NCBI GenBank assembly: GCA_012295275.1
Contig: CM022665.1
Coordinates: 18,724,001-18,788,000, forward strand
Direction: 5' to 3'
DNA: 64,000 bases
Source: Chrysomallon squamiferum
Lineage: Eukaryota; Animalia; Mollusca
Shown here: in pieces, positions 42,466 to 54,518 of the stretch
Position numbering within the stretch: the stretch's first letter is position 1
How the letters are laid out: each line of letters starts with the position of its first letter
Program-made: the position numbers and the translations under genes
The notes under the pieces: model-generated
What the model was told of the DNA's origin: nothing
The model's input: only the letters and a program-made list of their open reading frames with translations
Databases searched by the model: none

Positions 42466-42505
<40 letters not shown>

Positions 42506-43153
42506 TAGTTTATTCTGTGTAAAGTTGTTTTTTTAAGATATTTTTAAATTGAAATATCTTAAGAGTTTGTTCAAATCTGGCTCATGAGTTACTGTTTGCC
42601 ACAATGGCAGTGTCATGTTTTGTGAAATATCTTTTTACAGATGTATTTAGATAACAAATTTCTTAAAATGAGCAGCTAAACAAACTAAAACAATTTGCAG
42701 AATGTTGTATCTTTTCAAGAAGATGATGTATTTTGTAATATTTACATATTTCTGCCCAGTTAACTCAAACAAATGTAACTGAGTTTTTTTTTTTCTTTAG
42801 TCCAAATGTTGATTTCTATTTTGCCTGTGAATAGGTAGATATTTTTTAATATACTGAGGTCTTCAAATACTTGTGTATGTCTGAAACCAATCTGTCTTTC
42901 TAGTTACTTTTTATTACCACTATACAATAGATTGTCAGCCATACAGTTTATTATGATATAATATTTTTCTAATAATCTTAGTGTTGTTAAAATAACCATT
43001 ATTAATTCAATATTATGTAATTTTCTTTGACCATGACTTTCTGACTCAGTTGTTCCAAAAATAAGAAATGTTGGTAAACTGTTAATGTTTTTCAAAGTTA
43101 TTTTTCATGTTTCATTAGGGTTGTTAATTAAATTTAATTACAGATGTTTGCAT

Positions 43154-43195
<42 letters not shown>

Positions 43196-43289
43196 TCAAT
43201 AATTGTTCATTTTCACTTTGTCAGGATTTGAATAGTATTTTGCTGAATAATTAAAATGTTAATGTTTAAGTTGTAGATTTGTTTTCAAG

Positions 43290-43435
43290 AAAGAGTGTGG
43301 TAGTCCTGCTCAATGAGAGATGGAGGAAAGAAAAACAGCTGAAGTGTTTTTGCATATCTTTGTTCATGGAAGAACAAGTGAAGTGAGCGAATGTTGAGTT
43401 TGGCGCTTGGAAGCAAAGTTTGCAGGCAAACAGAC
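43290..43435 (+). CDS. Candidate stop-containing cassette exon (phase 0: KECGSPAQ*, stop 43314-43316)
   Basis: Acceptor tttgttttcaag (ends 43289); donor AC|GTAAGT at 43436; purine/GC-rich with a CpG cluster 43388-43510; TGCATG at 43451 and 43582. All three frames stop before the donor. Confidence 0.45.
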
Positions 43436-44413
43436 GTAAGTGCCATGTTTTGCATGTCTCCCCCTCTCACGTTTTTTGTGAATAAATTGGAAATCGGCTG
43501 TTTGCTTGCGAAGGCTCAGGATATGTTAACTTTCTGAAATAAATGAAGTGTGAAAGATTTACTGTCTTTTGTTGGGTTTTTTGCATGTGTGTGTGTGTTT
43601 GTTTTCTTTTTAATTTAAATTTAATGTCTTATTTAGAATCATTTTCATCTTGTATTTTATCAGATTATCTTTTTCTTGCTGATAATTACAACTTCATAGG
43701 TTTCAAATCTTCATTGCATTAATGGTATTATTTGCCATAAAAATGAATGATTGGATGCATATTTTTAAAACTTAATGTACAATAAAAAAACCAAAAAAAC
43801 TTAAAAATAATAATTTGAATTTTATTTATAGTCCAGATTTTTTTTTTTTATTACATCTCAGGATTTTAAAATTTAGTTTTTGTTGCACTATGAACTATGA
43901 CCTAAAATTAATATTGCTTTGAAACATTAGACTGAACACTGAATTTATAAAATGTATGATAAAAAGGTAATGTGCTGTGCATATTGATGAACTAAGAGTT
44001 GACTGAAGATATTACATTGTCTAGAATTTACTATATATAAATAGCATTTCTAAGAACTCAGCTGTTTTTAAATGCATGTGTTATAAGAAAGAATCAGCTC
44101 CTTGTTACAAAATTCCACAGATAACATTACCAGTAAAACTGTGAACATGAAACAATTATACTGAAGTGCTTTTGTCAATTAAAAATATGAGTTTTTGTAG
44201 ATAAGATAATTAATAAATTGTTTTTTCAATAAAAATAAAATTCTACAAGCTATTTTATGAAGTATTAACACTTTTATAAGACAATGAAAAACAAACATCT
44301 TGTGTGCTCACATTGCATTTTAAATAAAGTATAAAAATAAAAAATAAAAAAACTTTTCTTTTTTATTCACTGTGTTATTGAATAAAACCTTCTTTATATT
44401 TCTTTAATAACAG

Positions 44414-44470
44414 GAGAAGGGAAAAAATGGCACAGTCGTGATTAACAGCACGTATCGCAAAGACGAATGA
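44414..44470 (+). CDS. Candidate distal terminal coding exon; phase 0 EKGKNGTVVINSTYRKDE* (phase 1: GEGKKWHSRD*)
   Basis: Acceptor ccttctttatatttctttaataacag ending 44413; 4 CpGs in 57 nt; followed by ~350 nt of GC/CpG-retaining UTR-like sequence; lies near the end of the CpG-depleted domain. Confidence 0.6.
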   Translation, partial: EKGKNGTVVINSTYRKDE

Positions 44471-45285
44471 TTTTGGTTTAACGTCATTAACTTTTGCTTC
44501 CAGACAAATCCATTTCTATCAGTAGAAGATCAAGGTCGACAAGAAAACAATATTCCTCAACAAAAACTGATTCACATTTTGCTAAATCAATAATTCCACT
44601 TTTTGTTAATCATGTTTATATCGAATGTCTCAGTGAACCGCGATAATTCAATTGTTCTGCTTTCAGAAGTAACTGGTACATGCATTGCCTGTCCCAAAAC
44701 AGATAAAGGATGGTGAAAGACGTGTTGGTGCCATATTTTCCTTGACACTGCACTGGTTTTATATGTTGCTCAAGTAGATGAGCACAGACTGATGCTAGTG
44801 AATTAATTACCTTTCATATGTAAATTGATTAATGAATTTTCATACGAAAATAATTACATGAAATCAGTTTACATATTTTCCTCTTTTTTTTTTTCATGCT
44901 TTATTTATTTACTGATTTTTGGGGTTTATTTTACTTATTTATTTATTATTTACTTAACATATTTATTTATTTATTTGTTGTTGCTGGTGGTGGTGTTGGT
45001 GTGTAACTGAAACACATTTATTATCCTCAAGTTATCTACATTACAGTGATGGACCCTCCTATCTGAAATTCTTAACCATGTCTAAATTTAGAACACAAGT
45101 ACAGATACTTTATTAAAATGTCATGTTACTCATACTAAAGAAATATAAATTTAAACTCAAAATAAAATGTGAACATAATAATTGTACGTAAGAAAAAAAC
45201 AAAAAACAAACATGCAACAGAAGCAACCCCTTCTAGAAAAAGAAAATATATCACAAAGAACTTTTTATATATACATAATAATATG

Positions 45286-45332
<47 letters not shown>

Positions 45333-45430
45333 TAATAATAATAATAATGATAATAATAATGAGAACAACAACAACAATAATCTAAAATCAAAATTTTACA
45401 CAATAATTTTGACTTTCTTTAAAGAATAAA
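44471..45430 (+). other. Probable 3' UTR of the distal terminal exon
   Basis: Follows TGA at 44468-44470; 44471-44800 is complex and retains CpG; AATAAA near 45161 and 45425. The true 3' end cannot be determined. Confidence 0.35.
45287..45380. repeat. (AAT)n microsatellite
   Basis: Direct inspection; source of the poly-N/I/L ORFs. Confidence 0.95.
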
Positions 45431-47854
45431 TATTATTCTGTCTGTTTTTCAAATACTCTGTATAATATACCAACCAATATAGCCTGATATTTTAGATCCC
45501 TCATTATACTTTTATAAATATGACTAGAATTATTGTAATATCATTTTTCATCATCATCATCATCACTGTTGTTGTTAGGGTTGTTTTTTTGTTTTTAATG
45601 TATTATTATTATTATTTTTATTATTATTATTAAAATTATTTTTAAAAGCCCAGTGATTCTAACTTGGATATTATTATACATGTTTTCAGCTTATCCTGAA
45701 TCTAATCACTTTGGCAGGTATATTGATCATTCTTCACAGAACACAAACTTAAACACCTTCATCATACACACACACATCATCTAAATGTTTGCCTATATTT
45801 ATTATTAACATCACTTGTCAAGGAAATCCATCATAAATCCAACATAAATTTGCTGCTGAATTTAAAAGTATGCAATTTATTGCAAGCCATTGTTATAAAA
45901 TGTTATCAAAATGAACAGTAGATTTGCTCAGAGAAATAAGGAAATTAATGTTTTTGAGTGTTTTTTTTACAGAACATTTTATAATAACATGTATGTTATT
46001 GCTTACTCTTATCTATTATCTACAACAAAATCTTTAAAAAATGTATAGCTGTATTCAAAGAAAGGACAATGTAGTATGACATGTTTTTTTCAATTATTAA
46101 ACTAGTAATGGATTAGCAGCTAGGACAGAAATAACCCAATGGTTGTTTTATCAAGAACTGTCCTATTAGTAGTAATGGATCTTTCTGCTTTCTCATTATT
46201 TAACATACAGTTGTCACTTTCTTGGAGGATGATTTGGAATGGGAAATTACCACATGATAAAATTAAGAGACCCAGTGTAATATATTTAAAAGCATTTAGG
46301 CTTGCATGGCTTGACAGGTATGTTATTTAGAAATAATACATGGTTTTAAGCTTGTTCTTTATTTTTTTATTACTATGATACCTAAGGATTCATCAAATCA
46401 GTTCACATACTCATTTATATACCGACACACAAAAAGCAAGAACACATAAACAGAGCACCAAATATGGTCTGCTATATAAAGACATCAATGAAGCCACCTT
46501 TTTGTCAAACCCTGGATATGAGCAGTAGTTCTATGAATGTCACACATTTGTAGATGTGTACACTCGAGTATGTGTAGAATCAACTATATACGTCAATTCT
46601 GGGTGGCACGCATTTTAAAATGTTTCACTTCTGTATTACTCTTTTGACTTGAATGTTCATGAGTCTTAAATTTTCACATCATATAATGGTTGTTCTTAAT
46701 TCACTTAATATAACCATCCTGAAGTAGTTGCAACAAAATAACAGACATTTTACATTTGTTCTCAACAGAAATAAATTAGGCTGTCTTTTTTTTTTTTCAC
46801 ACCATTTTTCTTCTTTTTTTCTTCTGTTTTCTAATCAGTGGTTATTGAAAATATTAAACAGTGGTAAAATTCTGATATATTATAACTCAACACTATTCAT
46901 GTAATATTCAATTAAGTAAATCTTTTTAGAATTTAATTAATTTAATTTTTTACGTAATTTAACCTTCAAACATCATTTTTTTAAATTTCTAGATGTTAAT
47001 ATGAGCTTTTCATTTTGTATTGTAGGGTTTAATGTATTTTTGAATGATGATCTTCTTTTTTCTTTTTTTGTTTAAAGGCTACGATAATCAACACATACTA
47101 ACAATACCCAAAATACATTACTTTCTTTTTTTTATTCTTTTTATTAAAAATAACATCAACACCTTCCACACATGTTTATTTATCCATAATAATTAACATG
47201 TCTGCCTTTTTCCTCTCTCCTTTCTGATGCTTTCTGTTTCTCTCTACGTTTTTTTTTCATTCTATCTCCATCTCCCTCACTCATTCTTAACTCTTTCTCT
47301 TTTTTGTTCAAGCACAGTCCTTTTCTATTTTCTTCAACCCTGTCAAGACATTAATATTCAACAAATTCTTGCCAGTTCGCGCATGTGACAGAAACAATTT
47401 ATAATGCACAGTCCAAAGGCAGTAAATGTCATATGCCTTTTTTTTTTTTTTTTTTTGCTCCTCTTTTATTTTTTGCATCTACTTCTTTCAAAGCAGCAAA
47501 CAAACAAAAATAACAGGAAGTGTATCTGCTTACAAAATCAATTACATACAAACTGGTATAAAACATAATGAATATTTCACACTTCTCTGACATAACAACA
47601 ATGTTGATGTTCAGTTTGGGGGTTTTTTGGTTGCATATTTTAAAAATTAAATTACTGTTTAAAGTTAAAGACAATGTGCGTGTCTGTGTATATATTAAGA
47701 GGTGGGATTGAAGTTGATGATTATTTCCATATTTATATACAACAACAACTACTACTGCTACAAAACCAGCAACTGCTGATAGGTCTAAAAACTTAATGCA
47801 CAGATTAAAGTTTGCAATGAGGCCGTCTGCTGATCAATTTTTTAAACTATTTAT

Positions 47855-48128
47855 AATAATAGTAGTAGTAATACTAGTAGCAGCAGCAGTAGTATGAGTA
47901 GTAGTAGTAGTAACAGCAATAACAATGGTGGTGGTATCGGTAAAAGTAGTAGTGGTGGTAGTCTTAGTAATAATGGAGGTGATGGCAGTTGTAGTAGTAG
48001 CAGTACCAGTAGTGGTGGTGGTGGTGGTGACAATAATAAACTAGTATTACTAGTAGTGGAGCTGGTAATAGCAATAGAAGTAGCAGTCATCACTGTAGTA
48101 GTAGTAGTAATAGAAATGCTGGTAGTGG
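47855..48128. repeat. Degenerate (AGT/GGT)n trinucleotide tract
   Basis: Direct inspection; lies immediately left of the promoter-like cluster. Confidence 0.9.
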
Positions 48129-48149
48129 AAAATCAAAAATAAACAAAAA

Positions 48150-48420
48150 ATTCCCGCAGTGTTAATGTCATCCTGCAGTCCCGTGTTGTTTTTTTTTTTT
48201 TTTTTTTTTTTTTTATCATCTGCTTAATGTTATTCTGTGACCGGAAATGATGTAACTTGATATAAGGAAATCAACGACTTAGTCCCAGTTTATGGCTTAC
48301 GTCAGCACAAGGCTGCATATTTGTACGAAAAAAACAACACCCTTTATGCCATTTCGTAAGCAGTGGTTTGTCCTTCGTGAAAATGCGGCAATAAATCATT
48401 TTCAGTGGTTTATTTTTCTT
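48150..48420. promoter_or_regulatory. Promoter-like motif cluster at the CpG domain boundary
   Basis: ACCGGAAATGATGTAA at 48240 (near-match to the ETS-CRE composite CCGGAAGTGACGTCA); TTACGTCA (CRE/ATF-like) at 48297; poly-T at 48188-48214; onset of CpG retention. Confidence 0.45.
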
Positions 48421-48720
48421 TTAATCATAATGTTTTGTCACCTACAGCTGCCACAGCTTGATAATTATTTAATACGCAGCCAAAATAAAATCGAGGTTGG
48501 ATTTAGTTTAAAGTCGAGAGGGAAGAATCAATAAAGAAATTGAAGTTCATGGAAATTAAATCAACAGTGCAAAATACTAAAATGATTGTGAAACGAGCAG
48601 CTAAAAAAAAAAAAACGAAAAAAATAAAATAAAATAAATAAAAAAAAAGTAAAATAAAATTTAAAAAAAAAAAAAAAAAAAAAACGACTCAAAACTTTCT
48701 TCTGTTTTCTTTTTTATCTG

Positions 48721-48772
<52 letters not shown>

Positions 48773-50319
48773 CACACTCGCTGCTACTTCTGTTAGTTCT
48801 ATTTCAAACTGGATAAATATAACTAAAATGGTAAATAAATAATATAAAATAAATAAATGAATAAATAATAATAAAAAGAAATTACATATCATTTTTAAAA
48901 TAAACTAACAGTTGTATCAAACAGTAATGTCTTGACACGTCTCAATAACTTGGAATAAAATAAAAGACATTTACGTTAAAACAAAATAAATGATAAATAA
49001 TACTACAATAACTACACAACTTACTAATATATGAAACTGAAATATCTATAAAATATTTCTAAAGATTAATTTTAAAACTGTATAACAATTTATAAATCGT
49101 GCCAAACTGGAATATCTGTTTACCGGCCAAGTCCAAAGGTTTCATTTGCAGCTAGCTTAGGAATGAGTCATCGCTGGTTTGAAGGACATTACCAAATAAA
49201 AAATAATCAAAATGGTTTAGTTCTAAATTTGCAGTGAATTACATAGATGAAAGGGGGGGGGAGGTGGGAGGAATCTAAATATCAGAGAAAGAATACTCAA
49301 ATAAGTCAAAGGTTTTAAGTGTTGTTTATTATTCGTTTCTTTATAGAAATAGGAAACCAAAAAGCGTAGAAAAAATAAAATCAAGACATAAATAATACTT
49401 ACAGGCACATTTTGAAGAATAACAAAATCAAACTTCTAAAGGATATTATTTTGTAATTGCTTTGGTTATAAAAATAAAAAAAAATTAAAAACTATTACGA
49501 TTCTTATTCACGGAAAAATAAAAAATGAATTTAACAGTTTTTTCATTTATTTTATTTTTTTCTTGTTTACTGTCATCTTTTCTTTCTTTTTATTTTATTA
49601 TTTCCTTTTTCTTCAAGTGATTTTCTGTATTCTACTTTTTTCTCTACGTTTATCGTATTGTCTTCTTCATATTTATTATTATTATTATTGTTGTTATTTT
49701 TAAAAATCTTTTCCTTCTTTCAACTTCATTTTATTCCTCTTTTGTTTTCTACTTACCATTATGTTTTTCTATTATATTATTATTTTCTTTCTTATTTCTT
49801 CTTTTCTTTCTTTTTCTTTCTTTCTCTTTTATATGTTTCATCTTGCTCATTTTCTTCTTTTCTTTCTTTTATCTTATTATTATTTACTTCATTCTTCACT
49901 TTCATTTTTTTCTTTTCCTTGTACGTTTTCGTTCTCATGATTTCTTTCATGTGCGCTTTTTACCTCTTTAAAGAGAGGATAATTGAATTTTGTTTCTAGC
50001 GTGACAAGTCTTACACAGTTTTGTATTTACTGATCTCACGAGCAGACAGATACTCACCAAAGTAATTTTGTTTTGTTTTTAGCTCGATCGTTTTAGCCTC
50101 AACACTCGCGTTTAAATGACATGGTGGAACATTCAAGAGTATGTCGTATGGTATAAAACTTTCAGCATTACACAGACCTTTTAGACGTTATTTATTTATT
50201 TATTTATTTTTTTTGTTGTTGTTGTTTCTCCAGATTACCATTAAATAAAAACAAATCAGTGAAAATGATAGTTATTGTTACAGTTATTCATCTCAGATGG
50301 AATTAACTAAGCTGTTAAA

Positions 50320-50357
<38 letters not shown>

Positions 50358-51126
50358 CATCATCATCATCATCATCATCAGTAGTAGTAGTAGTAGTTGT
50401 AGCAGTAGTAGTAGTAGTAATAGCAGTAGTAGTAAGTGCAGTAGAAGTAAAATATACGTCTTTCAGTACATTTTTATAGTAACATCATTTTTTTAATTTT
50501 ACTATTATTATTATTGTTAAATCAAGTATTACAGAAATCAATAGTCGTGTAATTTTGGCTTATTACTAATTCTTTTGAAATATTTTCAAGATACGCTTTA
50601 AAAAAATAAAATAAAAATAAAGTACAACCCAAAGCAGTTCTATCTGCATTGACTGTTTTTACAGTTAGTTTTATAAATCGTTTTCGATTCCCTTTAGACT
50701 ATCTATGTCTTCCTGATCAGTTTTAGATTTTTAATTTTAGTAATACATTTCCTAGGTCAGTTTTCACTTTAGACAAAGGAGAATAAAGTTGATTAAGTGC
50801 AAGAAAGATAAAAGAGAATTGTGATGGTGACCATATTGATGACGAGAGTAGTGGCTGTGGTGAAAATAATGATCGTGGTGATTCTTATAATGATGATGAC
50901 GAAGTTATTTGTGACTGGGATGATAGTGGTGATGATGATAATAATTAATGATGATGATGTTGATGGTAATGAAATTGGTATTACAACAGTGATGAGGATA
51001 ATAAGACGGTGCGAAAAAAAAAGGAACAAGAAGTGGTCGAAAATAACACCAACAACATCGACAGTATTACTACTACTAATAATAATAATTTTAGTTCATA
51101 CTTTAGAGTTTATTTATCGTCATTTC

Positions 51127-51178
<52 letters not shown>

Positions 51179-52432
51179 ACAACCGGCCTTGAACCCTTTC
51201 TCGACCACCGTAACAAAAACTTCAGTTTATCAACGGGAAATAAATTACTACTCTTAAATTATTCAGTTCTCGTTTTTTTTTTTTTTTTTTTTTTCTTTCA
51301 GTTTTAGACAATTTGAAACATGTAGACCGCGAGTCATGTAGTGCACGGTAAGATGAAAGTGAATTTATAGCGAGAACGACAACCAGCGTGACTTGGTTGT
51401 AATTTCGTAGAGAGCCTATTTTCGTCTTCGAGCACATTTCTTCGGGCGGTCAAAGTAAAGCGAGATAAAGCACCACAGTCTGTATTTCTTCCAGCCGTTT
51501 CATCTGTCTGTTTGAAAAGGTGTCAGACATTGAGTTGTTAGATAGTACTTATCTAAATTAACATAACATACAACTGTGCTTGGATTTCTGTTTTCTTTTC
51601 TTCTTTTTTTTCTGCCGTTTTTACTTTTATTTATCGTTTTCTCATTCTCTCTCTCTCTCTTTTTTTTTTCTCCACATTTTTTTTTTCTCAGCATCTTCTT
51701 ACTTTTATTTATTTATTATTTTTATTATTATTATTTTCACTATTATTACTGTTATTATTTTGCTTTTGGTTTAGTTCTATTATTGCATTTAATTACAGAG
51801 AATTAAAATAAAAAAAAAAAAAAATAAAAAATAAATAAAAAATAAGAAGAAAGAAACAAATCTATATATCGGAAAATGATTACTCCAAATAAGCCGGGTT
51901 TAAAAACCAAAATAATTCTTATTTTCCGCTTTTTATGAACTGAAAACAAAAACAAAACAAAAAAGAATGAAAGAAAAAATGAAAAAAGAAGATTAGAAAT
52001 AAAGAAAGTACAATAACATTTGTAAAATGAACCTTGAAATATATGACTTGATTTATAGACTGTCAGGTTTCAAATTTCCATTAAACTTACAGAATGTTAA
52101 ATAATAATGATTGTGAAATAAAATAAAATAAAATAAAATAAGACAAAACAGCCAAATAAACAAATCAACAGACATTTTTTTTAAAGTTTGATAGCTTTAA
52201 TAAAGAAATTATAGCCGAAATATCTTTCTTGAGTACCCATTTTCATATAGAAAGAACAACACACACTACTGAAAAGATTGTGACATCGGAGAGCGTTTAC
52301 AAGAAGGACTCTCAGCATGATGTGGATGTAGTCATGTAATTGAGTTTAGTTACTTAGAGCCAGACACCAAGTTTCCGGCACATTTCCATGATATTGAAAT
52401 ATTCATTTGTTTTCAAAGCAGGTTATGGTTCA

Positions 52433-52602
52433 GACAAAATGCTAAAGACTGTTTAAAGATTCAAAAGAAAAAGACTGTAATTGGTCATCGTACTCAAGCT
52501 TTGTTGGCAGTTACAAACAGCAGATTACTAAAAGGAACATGAACATTTTTCTTTTCTGACTAAATCTAAGGACATATAACACTACCATGTCTACAACCAC
52601 AC
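52433..52602 (+). repeat. Direct repeat copy 1 (~165 bp)
   Basis: gacaaaatgctaaagactg...ggacatataacactac..caaccacac is nearly identical to 53739-53899. Confidence 0.95.
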
Positions 52603-53144
52603 CAGACAAGATGAGTTGTACGGACTTATCAGTTTGCCCCTTATTAAAGCCTAAGCGTCGCATAGCAAACTTTTCTTTTTCGCGAAGAACCTGGTCAATT
52701 TTGTCCTTGGATTAGTAATAGCAGGTTTCCTCTCATTATTAATCATAGAACATTGTAAATGTTATCTATATAATATAATCAACTCACGATTAGGAAATAT
52801 ATATATATACACACACACACATAAACACATTATTAGTCACTATAAAAATATCTCTTCCAATATATTAAATTTACGAAAACATTTCGTTATTTGCTATTAG
52901 TGTTATAAATTAAGAGCCTCTGATTAATGTAACTTGGAGACACTAAACCAAAGTTATAAATTCAACATTCAGGCCTACCCACTAAACCAAGTATAATGAT
53001 TTTTTATTTTGTTTTTTGTTTTGTTTTGTAAACAGTCAGTCTCTGATTAACTTAATGAAATGTTACTAAATCAGGTTAAAACAAATGTTTTCTTACAGAA
53101 TTCTGATTACCACTGTAATATCAGTAAACCAACATCATAAACAG

Positions 53145-53179
<35 letters not shown>

Positions 53180-53738
53180 TAAGCATTAGCTTATCACAAG
53201 GTACTAAAATCTGATTAATCCAAAGTTACTAAACTTTGGGTTGTTTTTCTTTTTCTTCTTCTTGGTCTTCATCGTTTTCTTCACATAAACTAAGAATCTC
53301 TGACTGTGGTACTGGAATGCCATTAAACGAAGGTTCCTTCCATTTCCTGTCGTGCAGTTAGCTTAGCAGTACCCAGGAGACCAACCGTTCTCGTTGACCA
53401 CATATATTTAACATTTGGTCACTGGCTTGTCCTTTTTACATTTCGCTTATTGTGTTTCCTAATGGCTGTGTTGTTCCTTTGAGAACGAAACCGGTTTATT
53501 AGGAACAAATACGATTAATTTACTTGCCGTGCACCGATCAATTGGGTAATTTTATCAACTTTTCGCGGTGTCCTTTTGACGGTATGTTGTATTGATTTCT
53601 ACTGTTATTTATAAAAATTACCTCACTGCTTCTTTGTGCAAGCCGATGATAACATTTTCTATCGATTACTTCCTAGATTCTTTTCGCTAACTTTACGGCT
53701 CTCTTGTTTTTGTTTTTTTTACTCAGGAAATCACTGGT

Positions 53739-53899
53739 GACAAAATGCTAAAGACTGTTTAAAGATTCAAAAGAAAAAGACTGTAATTGGTCATCGTACT
53801 CAAGCTTTGTTGGCAGTTACAAACAGCAGATTACTAAAAGGAACATGAACATTTTTCTTTTCCTTCTAAATCTAAGGACATATAACACTACAACCACAC
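53739..53899 (+). repeat. Direct repeat copy 2 (~160 bp)
   Basis: Identical to copy 1 over the first ~120 bp; differs by tga/ctt and a 9-nt indel near the 3' end. Confidence 0.95.
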
Positions 53900-54481
53900 T
53901 TTCATAATCATCACTATTAACACTTCTATCTTCAAAAAAGAACAAGTATATTTTTCCCATCTACTATTACATTACTCTCTATTACCATTTTACGTACTTC
54001 TTTCACTCCTGGTGCTACTAATACAAATGCTATAAGTATTCTACCATTATTATACTGTTAGAACCACTACTTCTCTACACAAAGAAGAAAGCAGACATTA
54101 ATTATCTGTTCTTCTTTTACTGATACACTGTTACCATCGCATACTATTCAACTTATATTACTACCATTGCAGCTATTATAAGTACATTATCATTATAATT
54201 ACTACATGTATTGAAATATTACCTTTCTACCAAAAGAAAACAGCCGTTTCTATTATTGTAACCGTTGCATATACTTCTTCCACTTCTAGTACTGCTACTG
54301 AAACTACATCATGTACGCTGCCATTATTATTATTGTTAGAACAACTATTTCTATAAGAAAAGCATATTTTTTCTTCTGTATAGATGTACAATGTAGGAAT
54401 ACCGTTAAATACCACTGATCTGTTGATGAAGCCAATGGAGTGGACAATAGTAACTTATAACAAATATATATATATATAACA

Positions 54482-54518
<37 letters not shown>

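Noticed and set aside
44715-44740. TGAAAGAC (miR-71-like start) and other partial matches to recalled conserved miRNAs
   Set aside because: Only 8-11 nt match, with no full mature sequence or precursor hairpin.
1-47800. General abundance of TGCATG, CAGCTG, TGACAG and CACCTG as regulatory enrichment
   Set aside because: TpG/CpA-containing words are inflated by CpG decay in this domain; only copies next to candidate splice sites are cited, as weak evidence.
52690-52790. Second SINE fragment (gcaggtttcctctc)
   Set aside because: Too short a match to the recalled Nin-domain end to call.
53350-53420. tRNA-like start (gcagttagcttagcagt)
   Set aside because: No B-box/T-arm GTTCRA at suitable spacing and no cloverleaf.
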